Positions 19,158 to 29,198 of a stretch of 64,000 nt of DNA are shown piece by piece. Numbering within the stretch: position 1 is the first letter of the stretch; every line of letters starts with the position of its first letter. The position numbers and the translations under genes are program-made. The stretch is from Acidobacteriota bacterium. Its GTDB lineage: Bacteria; Acidobacteriota; UBA890; WLXD01. The DNA is taken from positions 1,599 through 65,598 of the forward strand of contig JAJCXS010000299.1 of the NCBI GenBank assembly GCA_029263335.1. Reading direction: 5' to 3'. The notes beneath the pieces were generated by a model. The model searched no databases, had not been told where the DNA came from, and saw only the letters and a program-made list of their open reading frames with translations.

Positions 19158-21980
19158 TCAGGAGCATCCCGACGTAGAACCGCAATTCATGCACTTGTGA
19201 CAATTGCCGTTGACGACCATCAGCGACCCGCAATCCGGGCAGGTTGGAGCGTCGGTCGGCGAAACAAACGCCACCGCGGCAGACTGGGCGCTGCCGCTGG
19301 CTGGCGCCGGAGCTTCGCCGTCATGCGCAGCTGTTGTGTCGTTTCCTGCTGTCTCCAACGGGGCGGCTATCAGGCCGATCTCGATCTTCTCCTCGTCGCT
19401 GAGGAACCGGTTGGCCATCCAGCGGAAGATGTAGTCCGTGATCGACTTGGCGAACGGAATCTCGGCATTGCCGGTGTAGCCGGAAGGTTCGAACCGCGCG
19501 TTCGAGCACTTCTGCACCAGGAACTTGAGCGGTACGCCATACTGCAGCGCGAACGACGTCATGCTGGCGAAAGAATCCATCAGGCCGGAGATCGTCGATC
19601 CCTCCTTGGCCATGGTGATGAAGACCTCACCGGGCATGCCGTCTTCGTAGAGACCGACGGTGATGTAGCCCTTGTGGCCCGCGATGCCGAACTTGTGGGT
19701 GATCGAGTGGCGTTCGTCGGCAAGCCTGCGACGAACGGGACCCGCGACGACGACCTGCGGCTGTTTGTCGCCCTTCGTCTCCGCGCTTGTCGCCAACGGC
19801 TGTGCCATCTTGCTGCCGTCGCGATAGATCGCGACCGCCTTGATGCCGAGACGCCACGCCTCCATGTAGGCATCGCCGATCTCGTCCACGGTCGACTCCG
19901 AGGGCATGTTCACCGTCTTGGAGATCGCCCCGGAAATAAACGGCTGCGTTGCTGCCAGCATTCGGATGTGACCCATGTGGTGGATCGAACGCTCGCCCGC
20001 CGGTGCCCTGAAGGCGCAGTCGAAGATGGGCAGGTGCTGTTCCTTCAGCTGCTCGGCGCCTTCGATCGTGCCGTTCTCATCGATGTGCGCGACGATGCTC
20101 TCGACCTGATCGGAGGTGTAGCCGAGGCGGTTGAGCGCGGTCGGCACCGATTCGTTGACGATCTTCATGGTGCCGCCGCCGACGAGGCGCTTGTGCTTCA
20201 CCAGTGCCAGGTCGGGCTCCACGCCGGTGGTGTCACAGTCCATCATGAAGCTGATCGTTCCGGTGGGCGCCAGTACCGTTGCCTGGGCATTGCGGTAGCC
20301 GTGCTCGTCGCCGAGTTCTAGCGCGCGGTCCCAGACCTCGCGTGCGCCGCGCGCCAGCGATGCTGGCAGCTGCGACTCGTCGAGGTCGTATGCCGCCTCC
20401 CGGTGCATCTGCATCACGCCGAGCATGGCTTCCTCGTTTTCCGCATACCCGGCGAAGGGACCTTTGACGGCGGCAATGCGGGCCGACTGGGCATAGGCCT
20501 CGCCCGTCATCACAGCAGTGATGCCCGCCGACTGCGATCGTCCGGCGTCGGAGTCGTAGGGCAGCCCCTGGTGCATCAACAGTGCGCCGAGGTTGGCGTA
20601 GCCGAGGCCGAGCGGGCGGTAGTCGTGGGAGTTTTTGGTCACCGCCTCGGTCGGGTAGTCGGCGTATCCGACGACGATTTCCATCGCGGTGAACGTGGTC
20701 GCCACGGCCCGCCGGTAGCTCTGGACGTCGAACGTGCCGTCGTCCTGGAGGAACTTGAGCAGGTTGAGGGAAGCCAGGTTGCACGCCGTTTCATCGAGGA
20801 ACATGTACTCGGAGCACGGGTTCGAACCGTAGATGCGATCGGTCGCTTTGCAGGTGTGCCAGCGATTGATCGTGTCGTCGAACTGCATGCCCGGGTCGCC
20901 GCAATGCCAGGTCTCGTAGGCGATCTTGGCCATCAAGTCGCGAGCGGGTATCGTCGCCACGGGCTCGTGGGCAACGCGGCCGAGTGTCTGCCAATCCTCG
21001 CCGCGCTCGGCGGCCTGCATGAACGCGTCCGTAGCGCGCACCGAGTGGTTGGCGTTCTGGAAGAACACGGAGCCGTACGCCTCACCGTCGAGCGCCGGGT
21101 CGTAGCCGGCGTCGATCAGTGCCCACGCCTTACGTTCCTCGGAACCCTTGCACTCGATGAACTCGACGATGTCAGGGTGATCGACATCCAGGATGATCAT
21201 CTTGGCGGCGCGGCGCGTCTTGCCGCCACTCTTGATGACGCCAGCGAATGCGTCGAAGCCCTTCATGAACGAAACCGGGCCCGAGGCTATTCCCCCGCCC
21301 GAGAGTTGTTCGGCGGAACCGCGCAGGCGCGAGAGGTTGACGCCTGCACCGGAGCCCCACTTGAAGATGAGGCCCTCGGTCTTGGCGAGGTCGAGAATCG
21401 ACTCCATGGTGTCGTCGACGTGGTTGATGTAGCAGGCCGACGCCTGCTGACGCTCGCCCTCAACACCGAGGTTGAACCAGACGGGAGAGTTGAACGCCAC
21501 GTACTGGTGCAACAGCAGGTGCGTGAGCTCTTCCGAGAACACCTCGGCGGACTCGTCGCTATCGAAGTAGGCACCGTCGATGCCCCACTGTGTGATGCGG
21601 CCGACGACACGTCCGATGAGCTGCTTCAGGCTGTTCTCGCGCTCTGACGTGCCAGCCTGCCCGTGGAAATACTTGGAGGCGACGATGTTGGTCGCCCGCT
21701 GGCTCCAGAGGACGGGGAACTGCACCCCTTTTTGTTCAAAGACGATCTCGCCGGTATGACGCTCGATGAGTGCGTCACGCTGTTCCCACTCCACCGCATC
21801 ATAGGGATGCACGCTGTCCGTCGAGAAATAGCGTGAAAAGCACAGTCCTGCTGGGTTCGCTTCTGCTTCGCCCGAAGCTGTTGCGTTCTGCTGCGCATTT
21901 GTAGGCGCCGAAGCGTTCTTGCTGCGGTCGGCTGCTTTTGAGGTGCTCGAACCGGGAGGCTGGTTCTTCTCTGGCGGCAT
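19158..21980 (-). CDS. nrdJ: Adenosylcobalamin-dependent (class II) ribonucleotide reductase
   Basis: FNSPVWFN, SAC, SGGKTRRAAKM, NPCSE, LAPTGTIS, GAISKTVN, TSCPD-like domain, C-terminal CxxC...CxxC...GCS. Confidence 0.95.
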   Translation of the reverse strand: MPPEKNQPPGSSTSKAADRSKNASAPTNAQQNATASGEAEANPAGLCFSRYFSTDSVHPYDAVEWEQRDALIERHTGEIVFEQKGVQFPVLWSQRATNIVASKYFHGQAGTSERENSLKQLIGRVVGRITQWGIDGAYFDSDESAEVFSEELTHLLLHQYVAFNSPVWFNLGVEGERQQASACYINHVDDTMESILDLAKTEGLIFKWGSGAGVNLSRLRGSAEQLSGGGIASGPVSFMKGFDAFAGVIKSGGKTRRAAKMIILDVDHPDIVEFIECKGSEERKAWALIDAGYDPALDGEAYGSVFFQNANHSVRATDAFMQAAERGEDWQTLGRVAHEPVATIPARDLMAKIAYETWHCGDPGMQFDDTINRWHTCKATDRIYGSNPCSEYMFLDETACNLASLNLLKFLQDDGTFDVQSYRRAVATTFTAMEIVVGYADYPTEAVTKNSHDYRPLGLGYANLGALLMHQGLPYDSDAGRSQSAGITAVMTGEAYAQSARIAAVKGPFAGYAENEEAMLGVMQMHREAAYDLDESQLPASLARGAREVWDRALELGDEHGYRNAQATVLAPTGTISFMMDCDTTGVEPDLALVKHKRLVGGGTMKIVNESVPTALNRLGYTSDQVESIVAHIDENGTIEGAEQLKEQHLPIFDCAFRAPAGERSIHHMGHIRMLAATQPFISGAISKTVNMPSESTVDEIGDAYMEAWRLGIKAVAIYRDGSKMAQPLATSAETKGDKQPQVVVAGPVRRRLADERHSITHKFGIAGHKGYITVGLYEDGMPGEVFITMAKEGSTISGLMDSFASMTSFALQYGVPLKFLVQKCSNARFEPSGYTGNAEIPFAKSITDYIFRWMANRFLSDEEKIEIGLIAAPLETAGNDTTAAHDGEAPAPASGSAQSAAVAFVSPTDAPTCPDCGSLMVVNGNCHKCMNCGSTSGCS

Positions 21981-22097
21981 GGAGCGTTCTCCGAGGTTGG
22001 CGGCGCATCGCGGCGGGTCCCACAGCGCAGCCGGGAGGATGGCGGCGTAAAGGCCCCCTACTTGTACTGGCTGACTTGGGCATAGTCAAGACGGACA

Positions 22098-22145
22098 CCA
22101 CAAGATGTGGGGTGCCCCTCTTAACAGCCCTACGAGATAGTGTGG
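22098..22145. promoter_or_regulatory. Tandem NrdR boxes upstream of nrdJ
   Basis: ccaCaAgATgTgGggt (22098-22113) and ctaCgAgATagtGtgg (22130-22145) match acaCwAtATaTwGtgt with starts 32 bp apart. Adjacent to a minus-strand TTGACT (22084-22089). Confidence 0.7.
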
Positions 22146-22274
22146 AAAAGGTGTTGAAAACGCCTGGGGGGCCTAAACCTCTTGGGGACAGGGCGTTCAC
22201 TCGTAGGAGTGTTCACCGCAAGGGGACTTCTGTTCGCCTTACAGCGAAAACGGGGCGTAGCAGCGTGTGCATAA
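22141..22274. promoter_or_regulatory. DnaA-box-like 9-mers in nrdJ/ferredoxin intergenic region
   Basis: TGTGGAAAA (22141) and TGTGCATAA (22266) fit TGTGNAWAA; TGTTGAAAA (22152) has one mismatch. Confidence 0.45.
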
Positions 22275-22463
22275 GTTCCCGCGTTTTTTTTCGCGTGGCG
22301 CCGCCGAGGTCGCCCGGCGCAGTCGGGCGGTGGGCTATTTGCGGCCATTGCGGGCTTGTTTGTGGCGCTCGCACACTGTGTTATGTTGGCCGCTCCGATG
22401 CACGGAGCATCTGTCCGAGACCCATCAACAGAGACCGAAAGCCGTAGGTAGGAGAGAGCCAGG

Positions 22464-22763
22464 ATGACCTACATCATCGCCGAGCCATGCGTCAACGTGC
22501 GCGACCGCGCATGTGTCGAAGTCTGTCCCGTTGACTGCATCTATGAAGTGGATGATGACACGGGCGTCAGCGCGCACGGCGTCAAGGCTCCCGAAGGCAA
22601 GGAGCAGATCCTCTACATCCATCCGGATGAGTGCATCGACTGCGGTGCCTGCGAGCCGGTATGTCCGGTGGACGCGATCTTCATGGACGAAGAGGTGCCG
22701 GACAAGTGGCAGGAGTACACGCCGCTGAACTACGTGCTTTCCGACGTCGAGTACGACGGCTAG
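22464..22763 (+). CDS. fdxA: 7Fe-type ([3Fe-4S][4Fe-4S]) ferredoxin
   Basis: [22 protein letters not shown] and [22 protein letters not shown]. Confidence 0.92.
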   Translation: MTYIIAEPCVNVRDRACVEVCPVDCIYEVDDDTGVSAHGVKAPEGKEQILYIHPDECIDCGACEPVCPVDAIFMDEEVPDKWQEYTPLNYVLSDVEYDG

Positions 22764-22795
22764 GCAAGATCGGCAGAGGCCGATAGAAGAATTCG

Positions 22796-22828
22796 ACGGG
22801 CCGGCCTTCGGGTCGGCCCGTTTTCTTT
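22796..22828 (+). terminator. Rho-independent terminator after ferredoxin
   Basis: ACGGGCCGGCC-TTCG-GGTCGGCCCGT stem with C(UUCG)G loop, followed by TTTCTTT. Confidence 0.85.
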
Positions 22829-22863
22829 CCTGCGGAGCAGAGGGCTCGGCGAGACGTTTCTTG

Positions 22864-23229
22864 CTACGGCCCGCTTCCGGCGTTTCCAATCTCGAGTTCG
22901 TTGACGACCCCGCCGACGCCATCGACGCCCTTGGCGATCAGCTCGGCGAGCTGCCGCTGCTCGGTCGAAGCCACGGTCCCAGACAGCGTGACGGTGTCTT
23001 CCTGGGCTTCCACCGAGATGCCGCCAAACAGGTCGAAGTCCTTCTGCAGCGCGAGGGCCGTGCGAACGCGAGCCTCGAGCTGGAGGTGCCGCGCGCCACG
23101 GCCGGCGTCTTCGATGGCCTCGCCAGCGTTGTCACCGAACATCTCCAGGTCGAACGGCCCGTCGGATAGCATCATGATCCCGACGCCGAGTACTAACCCG
23201 ATCACGAAAACGAAGAGACTGCGGCGCAT
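22864..23229 (-). CDS. BON domain membrane-anchored protein
   Basis: N-terminal TM; LEARVRTAL..ISVEAQEDTVTLSGTV..AKGVDGVGGVVNEL. Confidence 0.85.
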   Translation of the reverse strand: MRRSLFVFVIGLVLGVGIMMLSDGPFDLEMFGDNAGEAIEDAGRGARHLQLEARVRTALALQKDFDLFGGISVEAQEDTVTLSGTVASTEQRQLAELIAKGVDGVGGVVNELEIGNAGSGP

Positions 23230-23367
23230 CCCGACCCCCCTGTTGGTGCAAGCTCCAATCATACCGTGCTGACCCCGGGGCAGGGGGGCGCGTAGACTTT
23301 GTGAGGCGCGGCTCCGCACCGGGTGTGCGCGCCTTGACCCGTGCCAGGCCGAAGGGGAGGAAACGTC

Positions 23368-26300
23368 GTGATTGGAGTGGCCGAGAAGACCTCTGGTGAA
23401 GCTGTGTGGTCGGTTGTTCTTGGCGTCGCGGCCGCGGCCGCCGCGCTCGGCTGGTTGCTAGCTGCCCAGCAAGACGTCGACCAGCAGCGGCTGCGCAACG
23501 AGGCGCAGGCCCTGTTCGAGGAGAAGCAGACATCGGAGGCCGCGGGGGTCTTCGCGCGGGTTACCGAATTCGACGACGTCGTCGCGGAGGACTGGCTGAA
23601 CCTGGCCCTGGCTCGCTACGAGCTGGGCGGCGACGCATCCGCTGACGGTGAGATCATCGTTGCGTTAGATCGCGCCTCGGAGCTCGATCCGGGCAATGCC
23701 GGGGCGCCGTATCTGCGCGGTCTTGTGCACAGCCGCCGAGGTCGCGATGCGGAAGCCGCGGAGCAGTTCGCGGCGGCAGCTGGCCTGGATCCGAACGATG
23801 CCGGCACCCTGTACAACTGGGCCGCCTCGCTGCACAACCTCGGGAATATCGACGAGGCGCTGGTTCTGTACGAGCGGGTCTCGGCGATGGGTTTTGACGT
23901 GGCCCAGCAGTTCTTCGTGTCGAGCTTGTATCGAGCCGGCCGGGCGCTCGCGGTTCGGGATGGGATCGAAGTTGCGAGGCCCTACATCGAGCGATACGCG
24001 GAGTTCCAGGGTCGTCTGTCGCAGGCCCAACGAGCCGCCACCGCGCTGGAGGCGGGTCGGTACAAACGCGTAGTGGTTGCGCGCGCGAACCTGGCGCCGG
24101 CGATTCCCACCAGCGCGGAAGGCATCGCCTTCGTGGTGGGCGACGAGATCGCATTGCCCGTGGGGCTGTCGCCACGACACCTGCTGGTCGCCGACCTGGG
24201 CCAGGGGAGTGAGATTCTGCATTCCACGTCGGCGTCGCGCGGGGCTGCGATTGGGCCCGGTGCGGTCGACGGCGTGCTGGCGCTCGAGACGGTCGATGGT
24301 CCGATAGCGGTAGGCGACCATGACCGTGATGGCCAGCCCGATGTGCTCGTTCTGGGCGCCGCACAGACCGTTCTGCTACGCGGCACGGGCGGCGCGCCGG
24401 GCGAAGCGCGTTTCGAACCCGTGAGCTTCGAGGGGATTCCGGTGCTCGCCGGCGCCACGCACGCGCTCTGGGTAGATGCCGACCACGACGGCGACCTCGA
24501 TATCCTCGCGGCGACAGCCGAGCCGGGGGCGGGCGTCCGCTGGATCGCCAATCACGGCGGCGGCACTTTCGTCGAGATGGATACGGCGGGACTCGGTGGC
24601 CCGGCGGCGAGCCAGATTGCCTGGGCCGACTTCGATGATGACAACGACATCGATTTCTGGGTCTTGCGCGAAGACGGCCTGGGGGCGCTGTACAGCAATG
24701 CTCGCGGTGGTCGCTTCGAGGAGATCGGCGCGGCGGTAGGGGCTACCGGACCGGGCGGTGTGACTGCGGTCGTGGCAGAAGACATGGACAACGACGGTTG
24801 GTTCGACGTCGTGGTGGGAGGCGCTCAGGGCCTGGTGGTGCTGGCGAACAATGGCGACGGATCGTTTCGTACGGTGTCGATCGACGCTACGCCCGTGCAG
24901 CAGTTGCTGGCGGCGGATCTGAACAACGACGGCTGGCTCGACCTGGTAACGGAGAATGGGCGATCGCTGGTGAACTCGGGCGATCTTTCATTCGCGGCGA
25001 TGACTCCGCCCGAGTCGGCAGCCGGGATGTTGGTGGCGGTCGCCGACCGCACTGGCGACGGCGCTGTCGACATGCTGCTGCGAGCGGGCGACGGGCTGCG
25101 CTGGTTTGCCCAGGAGGCGCCGGTGGGCAACTGGGCGCGGGTAGCACTCGACGGCGTCAAGGCCAATCTGCGTGGCATCGGGGCGGTCGTGGAGGCCAAG
25201 TCCGGCGGCCTGTACCAGCGGCGTCTGCAGCGCGATCGCTGGCTACACCTGGGCCTGGGCGAGCGCGAGTCGATCGATGTTGTTCGCGTCACCTGGCCCA
25301 ACGGGATCATTCAGAACGAAACTGCGGTTGCCGCCAACGCCGACCTGGGTCCCGTCGGGGAGGTCGAGCGCTTGGAGGGCTCATGCCCGCTGCTGTACAC
25401 CTGGGACGGCACGCAGTGGAGGTTCATCAACGAGGTGCTCGGAGTGGCACCGCTCGGTATGCCGCTCGCCACCGACGTGATTCACGCCGCTGATTTCGAC
25501 GAGTACGTTCCGATCCCGGCCGAGGCCCTGCAATCGCGCGACGGCATGTTCGAGGTTCGGTTGACCGAGGAGCTGCGTGAAACCGGATACCTCGACGCCA
25601 TACGACTGCTGGCGGTCGATCGTCCCGCCGGCGTACGCACCGTTCCCGACGAACGCTTCGTGGCCCCGCCTCATCCGGAGTTCGGAATCTATGCCGTGAC
25701 CACGCCGCGCGCGCTGACCGCTCGCGACCAAACGGGTCGCGACTGGAGCGCCGAGTTGGCGCAGGTCGACGGGGAGTGGGCACGACCGTTCAACCGCGAT
25801 CTGTACGAAGGGCTGGCGACGGCCCACAGTCTCGAGTTGACGCTCGCCGATGCGGTGGGGGGCGCGGCTGGATCCGAGCCGCGGCTGTTCCTCACCGGCT
25901 GGGTTTACTGGGCTACGGGATCGATCAATCTGCAGGTCGACCAGGATCCACGGGTGACCTTCGCCCCTGTGGCGCTGGAGGTCCCGGATGGCGCAGGCGG
26001 CTGGCGCACGGCGATTCCCGATATCGGCCTACCGAATGCCAAGAACTCGACGATGGTGGTCGAACTGGACGGGCACCTGATTGCGTCTGACCCGCGTGTG
26101 CGGCTCACCACGACCATGCGCCTGTACTGGGATGCGGCGTTCTACACGGTAGGAGACGGCGCCGCCCTGTATCGCCCCTCCGGCCAATGGCAGTCGGCCT
26201 GGCGTGTACCGGAAGCGGGGCCCCTCGCGATGGGCGGTGGTGATCACGAGGTGCCCGTGCGCGTGCATGTGTTGGCACCCGAAACCGCCGACATCCGCTG

Positions 26301-26745
26301 GCGCGGCTTTTCGGCTTTGCAGCGCACCACCGATGGCTTCGAGACGTTCGAATACGCGAACGCCACGAGCGACTCGAACTGGAATCAACACCGTGGCAGT
26401 TACACACGCTATGGGGCGGTCGATGAATTGCTGGCCATGGCCGATGACCAGCTGGTTATCGTGGGCACCGGAGACGAGGTCGCGGTGCGTTTCATCGACA
26501 GCCTCCCGGAGCTACCGGCCGGCTGGCAGCGCGAGTGGTTGTTGTACCTGAACGGCTGGGTCAAGGACGGCGATCCCAACACGCTGGGCGGCGACCGCGT
26601 CGAGCCCCTGCCGTACCACGCGATGGATGAGTATCTGGACGGTGCTAGCAGATCGGCAGCTGCACTGGAGGGGGCCGCCTGGCAGGCCATCTACAACACG
26701 CGGGCGGCGCGGGAGGTTAACGCACCGTTACGACCTCGGCGCTAG
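23368..26745 (+). CDS. TPR + FG-GAP repeats + ASPIC/UnbV (CRTAC1-like) large exported protein
   Basis: TPR helices; repeated DxDxDGxxD motifs; NLRGIGAVVE..LHLGLG..VTWPNG; then SCPLLYTWDG C-terminal module. GGGAGG RBS before GTG 23368. Confidence 0.85.
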   Translation: MIGVAEKTSGEAVWSVVLGVAAAAAALGWLLAAQQDVDQQRLRNEAQALFEEKQTSEAAGVFARVTEFDDVVAEDWLNLALARYELGGDASADGEIIVALDRASELDPGNAGAPYLRGLVHSRRGRDAEAAEQFAAAAGLDPNDAGTLYNWAASLHNLGNIDEALVLYERVSAMGFDVAQQFFVSSLYRAGRALAVRDGIEVARPYIERYAEFQGRLSQAQRAATALEAGRYKRVVVARANLAPAIPTSAEGIAFVVGDEIALPVGLSPRHLLVADLGQGSEILHSTSASRGAAIGPGAVDGVLALETVDGPIAVGDHDRDGQPDVLVLGAAQTVLLRGTGGAPGEARFEPVSFEGIPVLAGATHALWVDADHDGDLDILAATAEPGAGVRWIANHGGGTFVEMDTAGLGGPAASQIAWADFDDDNDIDFWVLREDGLGALYSNARGGRFEEIGAAVGATGPGGVTAVVAEDMDNDGWFDVVVGGAQGLVVLANNGDGSFRTVSIDATPVQQLLAADLNNDGWLDLVTENGRSLVNSGDLSFAAMTPPESAAGMLVAVADRTGDGAVDMLLRAGDGLRWFAQEAPVGNWARVALDGVKANLRGIGAVVEAKSGGLYQRRLQRDRWLHLGLGERESIDVVRVTWPNGIIQNETAVAANADLGPVGEVERLEGSCPLLYTWDGTQWRFINEVLGVAPLGMPLATDVIHAADFDEYVPIPAEALQSRDGMFEVRLTEELRETGYLDAIRLLAVDRPAGVRTVPDERFVAPPHPEFGIYAVTTPRALTARDQTGRDWSAELAQVDGEWARPFNRDLYEGLATAHSLELTLADAVGGAAGSEPRLFLTGWVYWATGSINLQVDQDPRVTFAPVALEVPDGAGGWRTAIPDIGLPNAKNSTMVVELDGHLIASDPRVRLTTTMRLYWDAAFYTVGDGAALYRPSGQWQSAWRVPEAGPLAMGGGDHEVPVRVHVLAPETADIRWRGFSALQRTTDGFETFEYANATSDSNWNQHRGSYTRYGAVDELLAMADDQLVIVGTGDEVAVRFIDSLPELPAGWQREWLLYLNGWVKDGDPNTLGGDRVEPLPYHAMDEYLDGASRSAAALEGAAWQAIYNTRAAREVNAPLRPRR

Positions 26746-26769
26746 CGGGGGGCTACCGCGGGCGGCGGG

Positions 26770-27288
26770 TCAGGCAGGAGTGCGGACGTAGTCCTCGAAC
26801 GTGAAGGCGTGCTCGTTGTGATCGTCCGCTTGGTGTCGGGCGCTGTGCTCGAGCTGCCACTCGCGCAGCTCGATCTCCGGAAAGTACACGTCGCCCTCTA
26901 CCTCTGCGTGAACCCTCGTAACGTACAAACGATCGGCTACGGCGAGCGCGTCGGCGAATAATCGTCGGCCGCCGAGGATGAACGCGATCTCGGCGCCGGC
27001 CACGGCCGTCAGCGCATCCTCAAGGCTGCGATGAACGTCGACTCCCGCGGCTGAGAATCCGGGCGTGCGGCTGAGCACCAGGTTGTGTCGTTCCGGCAAC
27101 GGCCGCCCCATGGATTCGTAGGTCAGGCGCCCCATGATCACCGGATGTCCGAGCGTTAGCGTCTTGAACCGCCTCAGGTCGTCGCGAAGACGCCAGGGCA
27201 GATCGTTGTTGCGACCGATCACCCCGTTGTCGGCGATGGCAGCGATGATCGCGATCGTGCCGGGCCGTGTCGCCATCGCGTCCGTCAT
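26770..27288 (-). CDS. folA: Dihydrofolate reductase
   Basis: [38 protein letters not shown]; ATGA overlap with thyA. Confidence 0.95.
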   Translation of the reverse strand: MTDAMATRPGTIAIIAAIADNGVIGRNNDLPWRLRDDLRRFKTLTLGHPVIMGRLTYESMGRPLPERHNLVLSRTPGFSAAGVDVHRSLEDALTAVAGAEIAFILGGRRLFADALAVADRLYVTRVHAEVEGDVYFPEIELREWQLEHSARHQADDHNEHAFTFEDYVRTPA

Positions 27289-28079
27289 ACCGCGATGGCC
27301 GCCTTGATATGAGGGTGCGGGTCGTAGCCCGACAGGACGAAATCGCCGAAGCGGAAACCGTCGATCTCGCGCACGTCTGGATTGACTGTCATGACGGGCC
27401 GGTCGCGCGGCGTGCGTGCCAGCTGCTCGGCGGCCTGGTCGAGGTGATTGCTGTACAGGTGGGCGTCGCCCAGCGTGTGGACGAATTCTCCCGCAGCGTA
27501 TCCAGTTACTTGGGCGACCATCATGGTCAGCAGGGCGTAGGAAGCGATGTTGAACGGCACGCCGAGAAAGATGTCGGCGCTGCGTTGGTAGAGCTGGCAC
27601 GAGACGCGTCCGTCACGAACGTAGAACTGAAACAGCGTATGGCAGGGCGGTAGCGCCATGCTCTCGATGGCCGCCACGTTCCACGCCGAAACCACAAGAC
27701 GGCGTGACCCGGGGTTCGTTCGTATCTCGTTGATGAGCCACGCGATCTGGTCGACGTGGGCGCCGCTCGGCGCCGGCCAGCTGCGCCACTGGTAGCCGTA
27801 AATGGGCCCGAGCTCGCCTTCTTCATCGGCCCACGCATCCCAGATGCTCACGCCGTGCTGACGCAGGTAGGCGATGTTGGTGGAGCCCTGCAGAAACCAC
27901 AGGAGCTCGTGAATGATCGACTTCAGATGCAGTTTCTTGGTGGTGACCAAGGGGAATCCCTCGGCTAGGTCGAAGCGCATTTGATGCCCGAACACACTGC
28001 GAGTGCCGGTGCCCGTGCGGTCGTCGTTGTGGGTGCCGGTGTCGAGCACCCGCTGCATCAGATCCAGGTACGGTCGCAT
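27285..28079 (-). CDS. thyA: Thymidylate synthase
   Basis: [44 protein letters not shown]. Confidence 0.97.
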   Translation of the reverse strand: MRPYLDLMQRVLDTGTHNDDRTGTGTRSVFGHQMRFDLAEGFPLVTTKKLHLKSIIHELLWFLQGSTNIAYLRQHGVSIWDAWADEEGELGPIYGYQWRSWPAPSGAHVDQIAWLINEIRTNPGSRRLVVSAWNVAAIESMALPPCHTLFQFYVRDGRVSCQLYQRSADIFLGVPFNIASYALLTMMVAQVTGYAAGEFVHTLGDAHLYSNHLDQAAEQLARTPRDRPVMTVNPDVREIDGFRFGDFVLSGYDPHPHIKAAIAV

Positions 28080-28208
28080 CGTGTTGCCCCTCCAGTTGGC
28101 GCGGCCATTGTCGCATGCGAAGTCCATCAGGCCGCAGCCCCTCGCGCCAGCCCTTCTGGCCGCCTGGCCCGACCGTCGGATCCCGGAGCGATATGGGATA
28201 ATCGCCGG

Positions 28209-29198
28209 ATGGTCGACCTACCTGTTCTGCCCAATACTGCGTCTGCGTGCGCCGTCGACGCGGTCCCGGCGGGCCGCCGTAAGCCGGACTGGCTGCGCGT
28301 GCGCGCCCCGGGCGGGGACAGCTACACGCTGATCAAGAAGACGCTGCGCGAGCGCGGCTTGTTCACAGTCTGCGAAGAGGCTCACTGTCCCAACGTTGGA
28401 GAGTGCTGGGGCGGTGGTACCGCGACGTTCATGCTGCTCGGAGAGATGTGCACCCGCGGTTGCAGGTTCTGTGCGGTAACGACCGGCAACCCTGGCGGCT
28501 GGGTCGACCGTGATGAGCCGCGCAAACTGGCCGAGTCGGTGGCGCTCATGGGCTTGAAATACATCGTTCTTACGATGGTCGACCGTGACGACCTGCCCGA
28601 CGGCGGCGCGGATCATGTCGCCGAGTGCATCCGCCATTTGAAGCGCTGCGAGCCGGACCTCATCGTCGAGTCGCTGGTGGGGGATTTTTCTGGCGACCAC
28701 GACGCGATCGATACCGTTGTTGCGTCGCAGGTCGATGTCTTCGGTCACAACATCGAGACCGTAGCCCGACTCCAGCGCACGGTGCGCGACGCGCGCTGCG
28801 GCTACGAGCAGTCGCTGGCGACCCTGCGCCGTGCCAAAGAGCACGCCCTGGCGCCCTACACGAAGTCCTCGATCATGGTGGGCTTGGGCGAGACCGACGC
28901 CGAGGTTCTCGAGACGATGCGCGACCTGCGCGCCGCGCACGTCGATTTCCTCACCGTGGGACAGTATCTGCAGCCGACGCACAGGCACCTCGAGGTGGCC
29001 GAGTGGGTCCATCCGGAGCGCTTCGAACAGCTGCGTGTCGAGGGCGAGGCCATGGGCTTCGGCTATGTCGCCGCCGGCCCACTCGTCCGTAGTTCGTATC
29101 GGGCAGGCGAATTTTTCATTGCGTCGCTGGTGCGCCAGCGACGCGAAGGCGCGGCATCGCGGATGCCGGGAGAGGCCGTATGGGGCGCCAGCTGCTGA
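28209..29198 (+). CDS. lipA: Lipoyl synthase
   Basis: [46 protein letters not shown]. Confidence 0.96.
   Translation: MVDLPVLPNTASACAVDAVPAGRRKPDWLRVRAPGGDSYTLIKKTLRERGLFTVCEEAHCPNVGECWGGGTATFMLLGEMCTRGCRFCAVTTGNPGGWVDRDEPRKLAESVALMGLKYIVLTMVDRDDLPDGGADHVAECIRHLKRCEPDLIVESLVGDFSGDHDAIDTVVASQVDVFGHNIETVARLQRTVRDARCGYEQSLATLRRAKEHALAPYTKSSIMVGLGETDAEVLETMRDLRAAHVDFLTVGQYLQPTHRHLEVAEWVHPERFEQLRVEGEAMGFGYVAAGPLVRSSYRAGEFFIASLVRQRREGAASRMPGEAVWGASC

Noticed and set aside
19158-21980. Intein or intron in nrdJ
   Set aside because: The frame is continuous with normal motif spacing and no intein splice motifs.
21981-22463. Cobalamin riboswitch or replication origin upstream of nrdJ
   Set aside because: No B12-box consensus is seen. 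There are too few DnaA boxes, no AT-rich unwinding element and no dnaA/dnaN neighbours.
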